This document shows, in pieces, positions 52,525 through 64,000 of a stretch of DNA of 64,000 nt. The notes under the pieces were generated by a model. It ran no database searches. It was not told the origin of the DNA and saw only the letters and a list, made by a program, of their open reading frames with translations. How positions within the stretch are numbered: the stretch's first letter is position 1; each line of letters starts with the position of its first letter. Both the position numbers and the translations under genes were made by a program. This DNA is from Balanoglossus misakiensis (taxonomy: Eukaryota; Animalia; Hemichordata), in assembly GCA_040954595.2 (NCBI GenBank), contig CM082588.2, positions 12,227,398 through 12,291,397 on the forward strand, in the 5' to 3' direction.

Positions 52525-55066
52525 AGTGTATTACATTGTTTAACTTTCTCTGTAATTCTGAAATTAGCACTCAATCTGTATTTGTGCGATGGTTCACTTT
52601 ATTTGAGAACGGGATGTTCTCCATGCATTTGGACCCGAGGTCTTGAAACGCAATAAATTATTATTATATATCATTTTGATATCAAAAGTACACTAGTCAA
52701 AAATGTTAGATGTACAGGAATAAGTTTATTATTACTGTACACCATGAAGTATGCCTGTAAACATTAATACTGCAGTGACTTATGCATGCTTCTCACTATT
52801 TTGGTATTGGCCCAGTATTCTTTAAAATCACCAGGAATGATGTTTTGAACATTTTTTTATTAGTATGATAGTTAAGTTTTTTGTTATCATTTTAAATTCT
52901 ATTCTCAGATGCTGTGGAAACTCAGTAAAAAAATGAATAGGTGACCAGAACTCCAGAAGAGTCTATATGGTAATAACAAAAGTAGAAGCTATCTGAAAGG
53001 TGACTTGAGAAAGGTAAGTTTGCAGCTACAATCTCCACTTATAAACTAAGACCATGGGGAAATGTACCATACTAAAATAGCAGAATCCGTGGACTTTTGC
53101 ATGCATCCTGTGCCGTATACCGGTACAGACGGTATTTTCATGAGTGATGCAGTGTATTCTGTGCCAGTCATGATTTCACTTGTTCATTAGTGAAAATAAC
53201 CTCAGTACAGCACAGATCACACAGAGAGAGTTCTGCTATTATTGCATATGTTCCCTCAGATTTCACAAAAATTAATGTGCAAGAATCTATCATATACACC
53301 TGACTCTATTCAATAAAAAAAAATTTGTGAGTGTGTTGATAATTTTCACACATTTGAGTGTTTTAAAGAATAATAGACAGTAATGAAATATTTTTACAGC
53401 TGCAAGCTGGCATGGCACATGTGAAGCATCCATAGAGGAGGAAACAGCCAACAATGACATGGACAGGTAATGTCACAACTCCATTGAGTCACAAGGTTGA
53501 ACACGCAGTGTTTTACAATGCTGTCCATTTATCACTTTCACTTTAAACAGCTACTGTAAACTTATTAAAACCATGGTTTATGTGATCAATCTGTGATATG
53601 TCTGCAGATACAGTTTTTAAATTTGTTACATTCCGACGTTTAAGTGTTGTTGTTTTTTCCTGATTGTGTACATGTTGTTACTTTCGTAACTTTAGACTGA
53701 TTGCAACAACAGATGTCAGGCCAAGAGAGTTCAAAGCAGTGCAAGCAGAAAATGGTATTGTAAACAGAGGTGCTTTTCTGAGCTATACAATGTCTTCCAG
53801 AGAGGTAATGCAATTGCATAACAATTAATGGAAAATGATATGGGTGCACTATATGTTCTGACATTTCTATTTCATCAATATTATGGTCAGAGATCAACAT
53901 CCCTCATGCAGGCTAAATATGATAATATAAGGTTATTCACTAATTATATTATATCATGCTACCGTCCACAATTCTGATTGGACGAGAGCTCAATCCAGCG
54001 ATGATAAAATACTCAATAATGCACTGCTAAAACGGTGACCTTTGACCTAATCCAAGTAATATGTTGTAAAAAATGTGATATTTGCATAAATGTGTTATCT
54101 GGGAAACTTTTGCAATTTTTGTTAAAAATTGTTTTCGCTGAAACCGCTTGTCATATTGCATTGAACTTTGGCAGGCATGTTCCATGTAGAGATTGAAGTA
54201 AGATATTGTACAATTTGGTGATATTTTCATATTTGTGTTTTTGCCACTTTTGAACAAATATTTTCTGTGAAACTGCTTGTTGGATTGCTTTAAAATTGTT
54301 TTTTTCTCTGATTGCTTTGAAATTTAAGATATAATTACATAACACATACATGTATATGTGCAACTTTTATTCAATTCTGATATCAGAAATATTCAATATT
54401 TAGCCAATTTTTTTGTAAGTTTCTTTGTTTTTGGTTAGCAAATCTTCTCCTAAATTGTCCAGTTGTTTTGAAAGTTACTGTTTACAAGGAGTTGTTACCC
54501 CCAACTTAGAAATGTTTACATAACTTTAATAGGCCAGCTGTTACAGAGACCACCGGCTATTAAATTTTAATTACCAGTGGCAGGTCAGTGTGTGTCTGTC
54601 TGTCTGTTCCAGGGCTGACTGAAAGAAGTTGCTTCTCATATGTGTTTGTACAGACAATTTTTGGTCAATTTTTTTTCTAGCACCACTTGTAAGACTGCCA
54701 TGACACATGACAGTTTTTTGGGCATGTTCTTTGATAATTTTTTTACATTCCATATTTCTATATCGTAAGATCATATCTGCTTGCAATGTCACCTTTAATT
54801 TTTATTCTGGTGTGTCACTGTTTCCGCATAATCCTCAAATGGGACCACAGTGTCCTTGATGCTATTTTTTTTTCATTTTGTGGAGGGGTAAACACAAGTC
54901 CTTTCAAAGATAATGCGCTGAATCAATGGCACTGTCTTTGGTGAAATGGAAACAGCCACTCGTTTTGTAAATACTACATGTAATGCAAGGCTCCAGATCA
55001 TGCAACACTAAAACATTGGTCAAGTAACTTAAAGTTATGAATATCATTCTTTTTTTTAAAAAACAG

Positions 55067-57473
55067 GGAGAAACCAATTTGAAATACATTTGGTATCTCT
55101 TGCAAAAACAGGACATGACAACGCCTAGTTTGTATCAGGTGAAACAGCATCTAGCTGACCTACCTGGAAAACTGGAACCAAATTTGGTATGCATAAACCA
55201 TAATAATCTTTTGTCTAGATATGCATTGCAATTTCCAGTTATGTTTAATTAATGCATGTAAATGTATATATTGTCGTGCTGTGAAACTGTTTTGCATGGG
55301 GGTAATTTACTTGTTATTCAAAAATATGCAGAACATTGACCATGTCAAATTTCCCCAAAATCTCACTGTTTATATAATAATAATGTTATTAATTGTCATT
55401 ACAGTTTGTAGATGCCAAGGGACAGGAATACTATTCTTTGTCCATGATCGACACTATCAGAAGCAGGATAGCAACACCAAGTACATCTGGGCGTCTATCT
55501 TATTACCCCAGAAAACAAACTAATAATGTCATAAGGTATGTTGAGAGTTACATAAATTCATTGGTAATGTCACCATGGTAATGTGCTTAAACTAAACTTA
55601 GAAATTTGTCATGATACCAAATCAGCACACAGATACATGTAGCGTAGATTTCTGAATGAACATGTCCTCATTGCATTGCATCGCATTGCATTGAGTCACC
55701 GACATCATTTATGGCTGTAATGTCAAACAGGCTAACTCAACAAACCATACACGAGAAGATGTACACATTCGATAGTAAATATTTATTTGGTTCCTGCAGA
55801 ATTCTACCTATAACACTGTGGGAACCAAGTGTAACTGATTTTAAATGTATTTTGAAATAGGGAAATGTACGAAGCAAAGAAGTGGCATCTTCACCACAGA
55901 TATCAAACACCAATGGTTGAGGTAAATGATGAGGTTTTTTACCTGAAAGACTTTTTATGGATTGACAAAAATGGGACACAGCTGCTTGGGTACATCTCAT
56001 CAATATATGTTGACGTAAAATAGTACTGTTTTTGTTTTTTTCCAATATCATTTTTCTCAAGTCATCTGTTTTGGGTTGTTAGTATTGACTCGTTCATCAA
56101 ATTTTTGTCTCACCAACATGTTATCACTTGTCATTTAATTTGTTTCAGATGACACCTGAAGATTGTGAAGGTGAAAAGCCAGGTATTTTTGTGAAGGTCA
56201 TTGTTTGTAACATACGTGATCAAAAAGTATGTCATACAGACAAGATCCTAGCTATCCATAGTAATCAACTGAGGGGCCACTATAAAAGGTGATGTGAACA
56301 GCAAAACAGTTGGATGGAAGATAGATTCAGAGAATGGATTAAAGAGACTCTCCCATGAGGTATTTACAAATTCTACATTGTCATGGTTATCTGGTGGCCA
56401 TGCATTTATTAAAAAGGAAGTGTAACGTTGGCTATTTTATCCCTGTCTTATATGATTGTAGACACTTGACTCCTTCCATCAGCATCAGGTGATAAGGTAC
56501 ATACCTATCAGTAAGCTTATAAAGATGGCCCAATTCAAGTTGGAAAATAAAATCATGAAAATAATGCAAAAAGTGGCAGCTCTAGAGGCTTTAACTAAAA
56601 TTAAACAAATCATGTCAATGGTAATGTTATCATGATTTATGTTATTATGCGATCACATATACATAAATATAAAATTGTTATTTCTGTTACAGTTTGTCAA
56701 GTCTTTGGTGTATGGACATCCAGAGTGTAATTACTGTACCAATACAATGTAGTTCTCTTCTCTGATGACGTTGGTAGCAGCAGTACCAAGAAGTGGAGTC
56801 CATTAAGTGTGTGGTGTTTGATGCTGGGAGGGCTACCAAAGGAGGACAACAACAAACTTGAGAACATTTCTTTTGTAAATGCTTCTGCAAGAGTAGATGC
56901 CTTGGAGCTGAGCAAACCTCTCGTAGCCGAGTTGAAAGTGTTAGAGTCCGAGGGGGTTGTAATGTTTGACGCCAACCTCAATAAGGAAGTTTTAGTGGTG
57001 TCCCCTCTTTTCTTAGTAAAAGCAGACAATGTTTGGCAGTCGGAGATTGTTAATCACACCGGTGCTGCATCAGCGAAATTCTGTCAATGCTGTACTGTAA
57101 GTAAATAGTGTTATTCTAGCAGTGGTACAATATGACATGCCAATACCCACAACACATAAAATCACTCTTTGGGTATTAAAGTCAAGGTGTATTGCCGTCT
57201 AGAATCTCATAGCCACATTTATGGTTTGATAATTTGTAAGCAAAAGTGGCGGGCCTTTACACCAAAGCCAGTCCAGTCGACTTTTTCGTCTTTCCGAGGT
57301 TTATCCTGCAAGTACTGTTATATGCTGGTGTAACAATTTCCCATGGATTAATTGGGAAATCATCATTATTATTTACAGGTTTCCAGAAATGAGCCATTTG
57401 AGAAAGGTGCTCATCGGACCAAGGACTCCACACAGACAATCATCCGCGAAATAGAATCTGCTGGCACTGATGG
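55067..57473 (+). pseudogene. N-terminal/catalytic exons of the spliced transposase-like gene (approx. 55067-55186, 55405-55535, 55861-56014, 56149-56359, 56462-56496, 56693-57096, 57379-57473)
   Basis: AG/GT borders with mostly compatible phases. Peptides: YYPRKQ...REMYEAKKW...TPMV, VLFSDDVGSSSTKKWSPLSVWCLMLGGLP, KADNVWQSEIVNHTG...KFCQCC. Small frameshifts are present. Confidence 0.8.
56520..56590. mobile_element. Right-end fragment of the Kolobok-like MITE, in an intron
   Basis: AAAATAAAAT..TGAAAATAATGCAAAA.GTGGCAGCT.TAGAGGCT followed by TTAA matches 63325-63371. Confidence 0.6.
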
Positions 57474-57782
57474 GTGAGTTTTGTTAATTTTATTCAAGCT
57501 TTGAATGTGGAGTAATTGTCTGTTGAGCATTGTGGAACATGCACGTTTGTCTTGTAAAATCCTGACCATATTAATCCACGTACCTTTTGTATGTAGAAAA
57601 TGTACAAAATTTTACAGAAAGGGAGTGTCAATTTATCCGTGATGAAACTTTTGCACCATGAACAGAAACACAAACAGTTTCTCTATTAATGTCCATGACA
57701 AGTCACAGATGCCAACACGGCACCGGGTACAAAGTTCAACCCCTGTTAATGGTTTTAAGTGGCGATGTGTAAACTAATTTAA

Positions 57783-58841
57783 GGGACCGTTCAGTTTTTA
57801 CGGCCAGGGGGGGGGGCAAAATCCAGGGGGGGGTCACTTAAATTTTGAAGTCCAAAAGGGGGGGGGGGGGGGTCATCTGTTATTTTTAAATGTTCAGGGG
57901 GGGGGGGTCACAAACTTTTGCCACCGAACTTTTGCTTTTGAGTCCACAAAATTGCAGTTTCGCGCCCTTTATTTTACAAAAAAAATTAACATGGGAGGGG
58001 GTGTCCCCCTCCACATTAGAACATTTTTGCTGGTTTGTCTAGTGTACCAGGGCAGAGTGCTTGCCACCCCAACCCCACTGATGATAATATTTAACAAAGT
58101 AATACATAAAAAAGAATAATCGTTTAAACCATTTCGCATAACTGACAGTTTCGTGCTCCATCTTCTATATGCTGGAAGTTTTATAAATGATGTCATGATG
58201 AAGATGACGCCAAATCTTCTTACTTTGAGTGGAATGGCAAAAAGTAAAATTGGTCCTCCCAAATATTGAGATGAATTTGCTTTTGAGTTCATAAAAATGC
58301 AACTTTGAGCTACATATTTTACAAAATTTTCTTATGTGGGACTATGTGTACCATGTCAGACTTATTCCCACCCACCCCTATTCTTACTTTGAGTGGAGTG
58401 GCAAAATCAAAATTTGTCCTGCCTAACATTGAGTTAGTTTGCTTTTGAGTTCATTAAAATGCAACTTTGAGCACCGTATTTTACAAAATTGTCTTATGTG
58501 GGAGGGCACACCCCCGCCACTTTTCTTGTTTTACCAATTCTAGCAAGTATTGTATTGACTTGTCATTTTATTTTGTTCATAGATTTCTTTATTGCAACGA
58601 TATTATTATAAGAAATTTATAATTGAGGTGTGAGGAACCTCATTCCCTTTATTGCATACAGTGTACATAGGATCAGGATGGCAAATGTTTTCAGCGTAGG
58701 GGGGGTCATCATATTTTTGGGTCTGTCAAAGGGTGGGTCATCATTTTTTGGTGCTGGGCGAAAGGGGGGGGGGTCGGCCTGATTTTGAAAACCGATGACT
58801 CAAACTTGCCGACCCCCCAGCCATAAAAACTGAACGGTCCC
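57783..58841. mobile_element. Complete PIF/Harbinger-like MITE
   Basis: TIR GGGACCGTTCAGTTTTTA(C/T)GGC at both ends, TAA TSD (57780-57782, 58842-58844), G-run-rich subterminal regions, non-coding. Confidence 0.9.
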
Positions 58842-59029
58842 TAAGTGGGCCGTCGCAAGCAGAAACACCCCTGATGCAAACTTGCTACATTTTGCGTAAA
58901 ATGTATCAAAAGTCAACGTGACGCATTACGCTTACAAACGACTACGTACGTAAATTTAATTGCACTGCTTGTGATTTATTAGAGTCCTGGCTTTTGGGGG
59001 GCAGATGGAGCGCATATGGAGTCTTACAC

Positions 59030-59266
59030 AATACCTCATTAATTATGCACATACCTAATTCTAGGTGAACCAATAGAGCTAGGGTTCTGGTTTTTGTTGG
59101 ACCTAGACTTGTATGGGGTCCGATTTTTTTGCCCAAATTTGGGGTGACCTCAAGTGACCTTTGACCTACTTTCCCATATCTTGGTATCCACAGCTGATAC
59201 AGCCTTGGCATTTGCTGGTTACCATGGGAACCGCTTGTGCCCCGCCAACGCTGCTTGCAGCTTTAA
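59030..59266 (+). mobile_element. Probable 3' end of a Helentron/DINE-1-like non-autonomous element
   Basis: TGACCT repeats, ending in the short stem-loop GCTGC-TT-GCAGC followed by TTTAAT. The left boundary is not resolved. Confidence 0.4.
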
Positions 59267-61314
59267 TATTTTTTCTGCTATTTCCCTAGGGATTCATAGT
59301 CGATTCTATTTTCCTATCACGTGACCGATTCTGGCGAATCGCAACACAGTATTAGCATGAGGTATATTATAGTGTCATACATGAGAACGTGCACTTTTCT
59401 TCCTCTCTGGGGCTTGGGTCTGGAGGAAGTTAAAATCCGAACACTCCATAGGGCCCTACGTTTCAAACAATTTACTCGGTCCAATCAGTTGACAAAATGT
59501 ATCAATGTCGAAATGGAAATACTATTTTCAAAATACATTTTCCTAACGTGTTTCACCAAAGGGCGATACAGTGAATGTTTATCTAAAAACGGGAACGAGG
59601 TCGGATTTTGTTTCTTTGTGACGAGAGTGATGGTACACTTCAATGATTTGTTTTATCTGGCCGATTATCAGAAGACACGTCACCAAAAGAGGGCGCACTA
59701 AGAAGTCTATTCGGGAAAGCTGTGAAATAATGAACCTCCCCGCCCCCCCCCCCCAAAAAATGTCCGTTCAATTGAATACAACGCAATACATACGAAACCC
59801 ATCACCTTTTTGTTTTAAAGCAGTGGTGTGTTTACGCATGTACGTACATTCAATGACAATGGAGTTTGCAAGGAAAAAATGACAAAATAAGTCAAGTGTA
59901 TTTATTTCTATATTTCTAGAAATTCATGAAAAACATGTTGGTGATATTTACATAATAATAATCTTAGTCAAAGGCACGCAAGCACTGAACAATATGCTGT
60001 CTGCTCCATTAGCTCCAACTTTTCACTATGTTTTCAGTAATATTGCTCTGTGTATCTGCTGCGGTTTCTAGTATAAACTCCAGAAACATGACAAAATATC
60101 CAGAGTTTAGCTTATCAACACTACATGTATGTGCATATTCAGTATTATTATTGTGTAAAATTTAAATTCATGTCCGAACTAGAATTCATTTGTCAACAGT
60201 GATAACAATGGCCATTACACATACACAGGCAATGTTAATGATTGGAGTATTTGGTACTACATGTATATTAAAGTGATGTTTGGAGTAAAACAAGAAATTG
60301 CAATTTTTACACAGAATTAAAATACTGAAAATAAAGCTAAATGTTACAGATTTTCATCCAGTGGAATGCTCCTGCATGTAAAAGTTGCTTTGCCGGCGAA
60401 AAGTCGAGTGGGTGCGTAGTGAGGGCTTTTGTTATGTATTTTATTGTCCTGATGAAATGCGCCAGGACATAGACTGAGCTAATATTTATTATCGGATGAT
60501 TTTGTCTAATATTTATTTTCGGATAATATTGTCTAAGTTGTCTAATATGGGGGTCACACACACCATTAAGACGGTTCTGAAACGTCTCAGATCACATACT
60601 GTCTTAAAAAAAACATGTGTGGACGGTGTATAGTGGTTCTGAAACAGCTTAGATTTGAGACAGCTTTGCCCGTCAGACCTGATCCGGTGTAAGGATTAAA
60701 ACCTCTCTGCAATCCATTGTCTTTGGGACTGAGCCTCAGCGCCTATACACAAACTTTGTGTGTGTGAACACAAGGCGACTCAAACGATTAATGCTCTGTG
60801 TTTACCATAGGCAAATAGCGTCTCAATTTTGTTCGTGTATGAACCTGGTAAAAGGTAGAGCGTGTCAGAAGCATGAAACATGTGTAATTACACTATGTGT
60901 GGCGCTTTGGAAGGCATATCATTGATGTCAGTGCATCTATACAAAGTTGCTGGGTCATATGCATTGTTGTATGCCAGCAGTGACATGGTAAAGGATTTGA
61001 ACAACCAAAAATAACTTTACAAGAGCACTACGCAGTCTTGGAAGGCTGTTTCTGATTGGTAAGGGAGCATTCGTTTTTTACAGGGAGGGGGGGCGGTGGA
61101 AATCAGGGGGGGGTTTACTTTTACAAAGCAGTTTTTAGGGGGGGACAAATTTTATAATCAATGGTTTGGGGGGGTCAATTTTTACAACAGATTTGTATGG
61201 AATTATAGCAAAAAACAACAGAATTGACGGTAAAGTGTATAAAATAGAATACGAACATTCTGTGTGATCAGGTGACAACAAGTACACTTTTGATCACAAA
61301 AATAACATTTTCAG

Positions 61315-62525
61315 GCTGTATCATGGCAATATACAGAAACAGTGAACTATGTGAGCTGAAAGTTTCTGACCTAGACATGTACATGAACTGACATAAATTC
61401 ACAGCAGAGAAAAAGATGCTGAAAAAAGACAAACTGAAAATAGTTGAAGCGCACATTGGCCGGAAACTGTGTCAAACAACTCTGGAAAGTCTCAGAGTAA
61501 ACCATGAGAGGGACAAAGAGGAGGATGAGCAGGAGGATGAAGAGGATGACTTGGACGAGGACAGTGAACCAGAAGATGAACATGTAGTGATAGGTGAACT
61601 AGGTGATTCAGAGGAAAGTGACTCAGAAAGTGATAGCGGCGACATTGAAAATGAACTTTTTCACATAAGGCTGCATTCACAAACACCTCTGGAGGGGGGG
61701 GGGGCAGGAGAATTGAGGGGGGGATTTGAAAAAATTGAGGGTATGTAAGGGGGGATTTGAAATAATTTAGGGACTGAAAGGGGGGGACTTGAAAACTTTG
61801 ACGACTAAATATTTATTTTGAGTCCACAAAAATGCAGTTTCGCGCCCTTTATTTTACAAAATTTTCTAATGTGGGAGGGGGACACCCCCTCCCACACCCA
61901 CCCCCTCCATTCATCAGCACCTTTCAATCATTGACTGGTTTATCTAGTGTCCCAGGTCAGGGGATTTGCCCCCACCCCATGATAACTTTGAGCGGCGACG
62001 GTTAAATTTGTCCTCCCCAACATACCGGTAGTTGAGTTAATTTGCTTTTGCCGGGTTCATTAAAATGCAGCTTTGAGCTCTGTATTTTATAAAATTTTCT
62101 TACGTGGGAGGGGGATACCCCCTCCCAATCCCACTCCCTTCAATTCTCGGTTTACAATGTCTCCCAACACAGAATACAAATACTTAAAAAAAAAAAACAA
62201 TGTTCATTGAGGGGGTACATCAGTTTCAAATTCTCTTCATGGGAGCGCTGTTTTTTTCTTTTTTTACAAGATAGATAGGTGATGTGTTTTGCTCTGTGAA
62301 AGAAAATGGGTGGGGGGATTTCAAAATTTTGGCAGTTCGGAAGGGGGGGGGGGATTTGAAAATATTTCGGGTTGTGTACGGGGGGCATGTGAAAATTAGC
62401 GGTAAAAAAAATTGGATTCTCCCGTCCCCCCCCCCCTCTCCAGAGGCGTTTGTGAATGCGGCCTAACAAGATCAGGCAGACAATGCACTACTTGGAAATC
62501 AAGGAACTATGTAGAACTATGTTGA
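61315..62525 (+). pseudogene. Captured exon-like fragment: SAP/HeH-like motif, acidic tract, TRSGR tail (61315-61668 + 62467-62525)
   Basis: After TTTTCAG it reads IMAIYRNSELCELKVSDLDMYMN*HKF...KKDKLKIVEAHI, then an Asp/Glu/Ser tract. The frame continues HI-TRSGRQCTTWKSRNYVELC* once the nested MITE is removed. Confidence 0.55.
61669..62463. mobile_element. Nested Harbinger-like MITE
   Basis: TIR GGC(T/C)GCATTCACAAAC(A/G)CCTCTGGAG, TAA TSD (61666-61668, 62464-62466). Confidence 0.9.
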
Positions 62526-62815
62526 TTATGTGGTATGTCGAACATACACCAATATCTGACAAAGTTTGATAAGTTTAATCCGGTGGATAAACTTTTTTTT
62601 TTTGGGGGGGGGTCACATTTTACAATTGAAGAATTTAGGGGGGACACATTTTAGAAAAGTAATTTCGAGGGGGGTTGCCTTTTACATTTAGTCGGCGACT
62701 CAAATTCCACCGGCCCCCCCTCCCTGTAAAAAATGAATGCTCCCTAGGATTTGAGACAGCTCAATCTGCATGTTATCAACAACTATATCCTGTTGTTATA
62801 TCCAGGATTGTTGTT

Positions 62816-62851
62816 GCTACCCCTATTTATATCCCTATAAATAGGGGTAGC
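62816..62851. other. Perfect 16-bp-arm hairpin
   Basis: GCTACCCCTATTTATA-TCCC-TATAAATAGGGGTAGC. Confidence 0.85.
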
Positions 62852-63066
62852 CAAATGGCTGCGTTCATTGTGTAATTGACTCTGAAGGAGGCAACACGCG
62901 GACACACGCTCCCGAGAATGCATGGTTTTCGACCACAAAATCCTTCACAATGCATACAAATTCCACCATGAATATGTATCCTACCGATTTATGGCGTAAA
63001 TTCCCCAGAGAGACGAAAATCAGGGGCGATTTTCAGCATTTCTTGGCGTCGACGGTAACCGCTTAA

Positions 63067-63371
63067 AGCCCCCAGAGCTGCCAAATTTCATGGATTTTCT
63101 TCCACAGTAAAACACTTCAAATATATTCCCTATCCTCTAAAATCCTCACCATTAAGCCATATTACTTGCATTTGCATCAGTTTGTCATCTCTTGGTGATG
63201 CATACCACGATAGCTGCGTACTGTTTGTATGGAGGCTGATTAAACCGTTTTAATACATAGCATTTTCAAATCGCTACATACAGCCATAATCGGGCATCAG
63301 TAAAGTGTTCACATATACCTCAGTAAAATAAAATTGTGAAAATAATGCAAAATGTGGCAGCTATAGAGGCT
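63067..63371. mobile_element. Kolobok-like MITE
   Basis: TTAA|AGCCCCCAGAGCTGCCA ... TGGCAGCTATAGAGGCT|TTAT: imperfect TIR with AG terminus in a TTAA site. Confidence 0.65.
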
Positions 63372-63649
63372 TTATTGTATTTCCCCATGTTTTAGGTCTC
63401 CATTTTGATTCACAATTTCATGTCAACAAGTTCACATTCTACCACCACATCACATCTACACATCAACTATCACTGTGATAGAAGCTACCATTTTCAAGTT
63501 AAAGATATACAGTCACCGCAAATTTACATACACCCATATATGGCTGAAATAGATTATTTGCGGGTTCTAAATAACATATGGCGGCGCTCTTTTTTTTCGC
63601 ATGTGCCGCCCTACGGCGCGCCAAGTGTTTCAAAATTATTTATCATTAT

Positions 63650-64000
63650 TTTATAGAAAATTGATGTCTTTTAACAAAAAAATACGTAAAAACAGAAAAA
63701 ACTGATTGGTGGTTTAAAAAACGAGTGTAAAAAGTAATCCATCGTGGAGTAAAAAAAACAACAACAACAACAACAAAAAACTAACACACAGAGAAGAAAA
63801 TCTCACCTGTTGTCAAAAAAAACCCACCAAGCTTACCAAAAAAACGTCCACAAGGCAGTTGCAAAAAAAAAAAATCACTAATTTGTCACAAAAAAAACAC
63901 GCGCACATTTTTCACGAAAAACGCACACTTCACAAAAAATACACACAAAGTATTAAAAAGAACACTCTTTGAAAAAAAAGAGAGACTACAACTTTTAAAA
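63650..64000. repeat. A/C-rich low-complexity tract including (CAA)n
   Basis: Poly-A runs and ACAACAACAACAACAAC near 63758. Confidence 0.7.

Larger units (their letters stand above)
47944..52666 (+). mobile_element. Full-length non-LTR retrotransposon (ORF1 + APE-RT ORF2, RTE-X-like)
   Basis: 14-bp TSD TATATCATTTTGAT (47930-47943, 52667-52680), AATAAA(TTA)n tail, empty site at ~36185. Confidence 0.96.
46153..53804 (+). pseudogene. C-terminal exons of the spliced transposase-like gene, copy 3 (approx. exons 46153-46240, 46411-46524, 46747-46911, 47237-47425, 47634-47784, 52909-53013, 53400-53466, 53713-53804)
   Basis: Canonical AG/GT borders. Peptides: EKLH.IELGIVK, GRDFKLWAQVA, KKPKIHMLLHLIVDITDYGPCDCTDTE|RCESLM, NPSRDLAVSF. 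In-frame stops are present. Confidence 0.8.
46024..54984 (+). repeat. Segmental duplication copy 3 (contains the full-length LINE)
   Basis: Colinear with copy 2 after removing the 47944-52666 insertion. Confidence 0.95.
61063..62744. mobile_element. Harbinger-like MITE carrying a coding-like fragment and a nested MITE
   Basis: TIR GGGAGCATTC.TTTTTTACAGGGAGGGGGGGC at both ends; flanks TAA / TAG. Confidence 0.85.

Noticed and set aside
59321-61060. Short ORFs and possible promoter or element ends in this stretch
   Set aside because: No recognisable motifs, splice pattern or paired termini that I can support by eye.

Overview
AT-rich eukaryotic DNA, probably from a marine invertebrate animal (inferred from the repeat families; no species can be named). 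It spans the edge of a satellite array. Bases 1-24727 are a tandem array of a ~185-209 bp monomer with several local higher-order repeats. The rest is a nested transposon field built on a roughly three-fold tandem duplication of an intron-rich, degraded DDE-transposase-like gene. Its C-terminal exons are repeated upstream of the single N-terminal exon block (permuted order). Each duplicate carries different insertions: a young Mag-like Gypsy element with identical 118-bp LTRs inside a LINE-derived patch, a 5'-truncated RTE-X-like LINE, a deleted BEL/Pao element holding a 2.2-kb foldback element, and a full-length LINE whose ORF1 has a 2A-like motif. The BEL LTRs carry a 97-bp IR-flanked cassette in opposite orientations, so the only AATAAA I see is sense in the 3' LTR and antisense in the 5' LTR. 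Harbinger-like, Kolobok-like and Helentron-like non-autonomous elements fill the right end, and one carries a captured exon-like segment. No intact host gene, rRNA, tRNA or CRISPR array is supported. All alignments and translations beyond the ORF track were done by eye.
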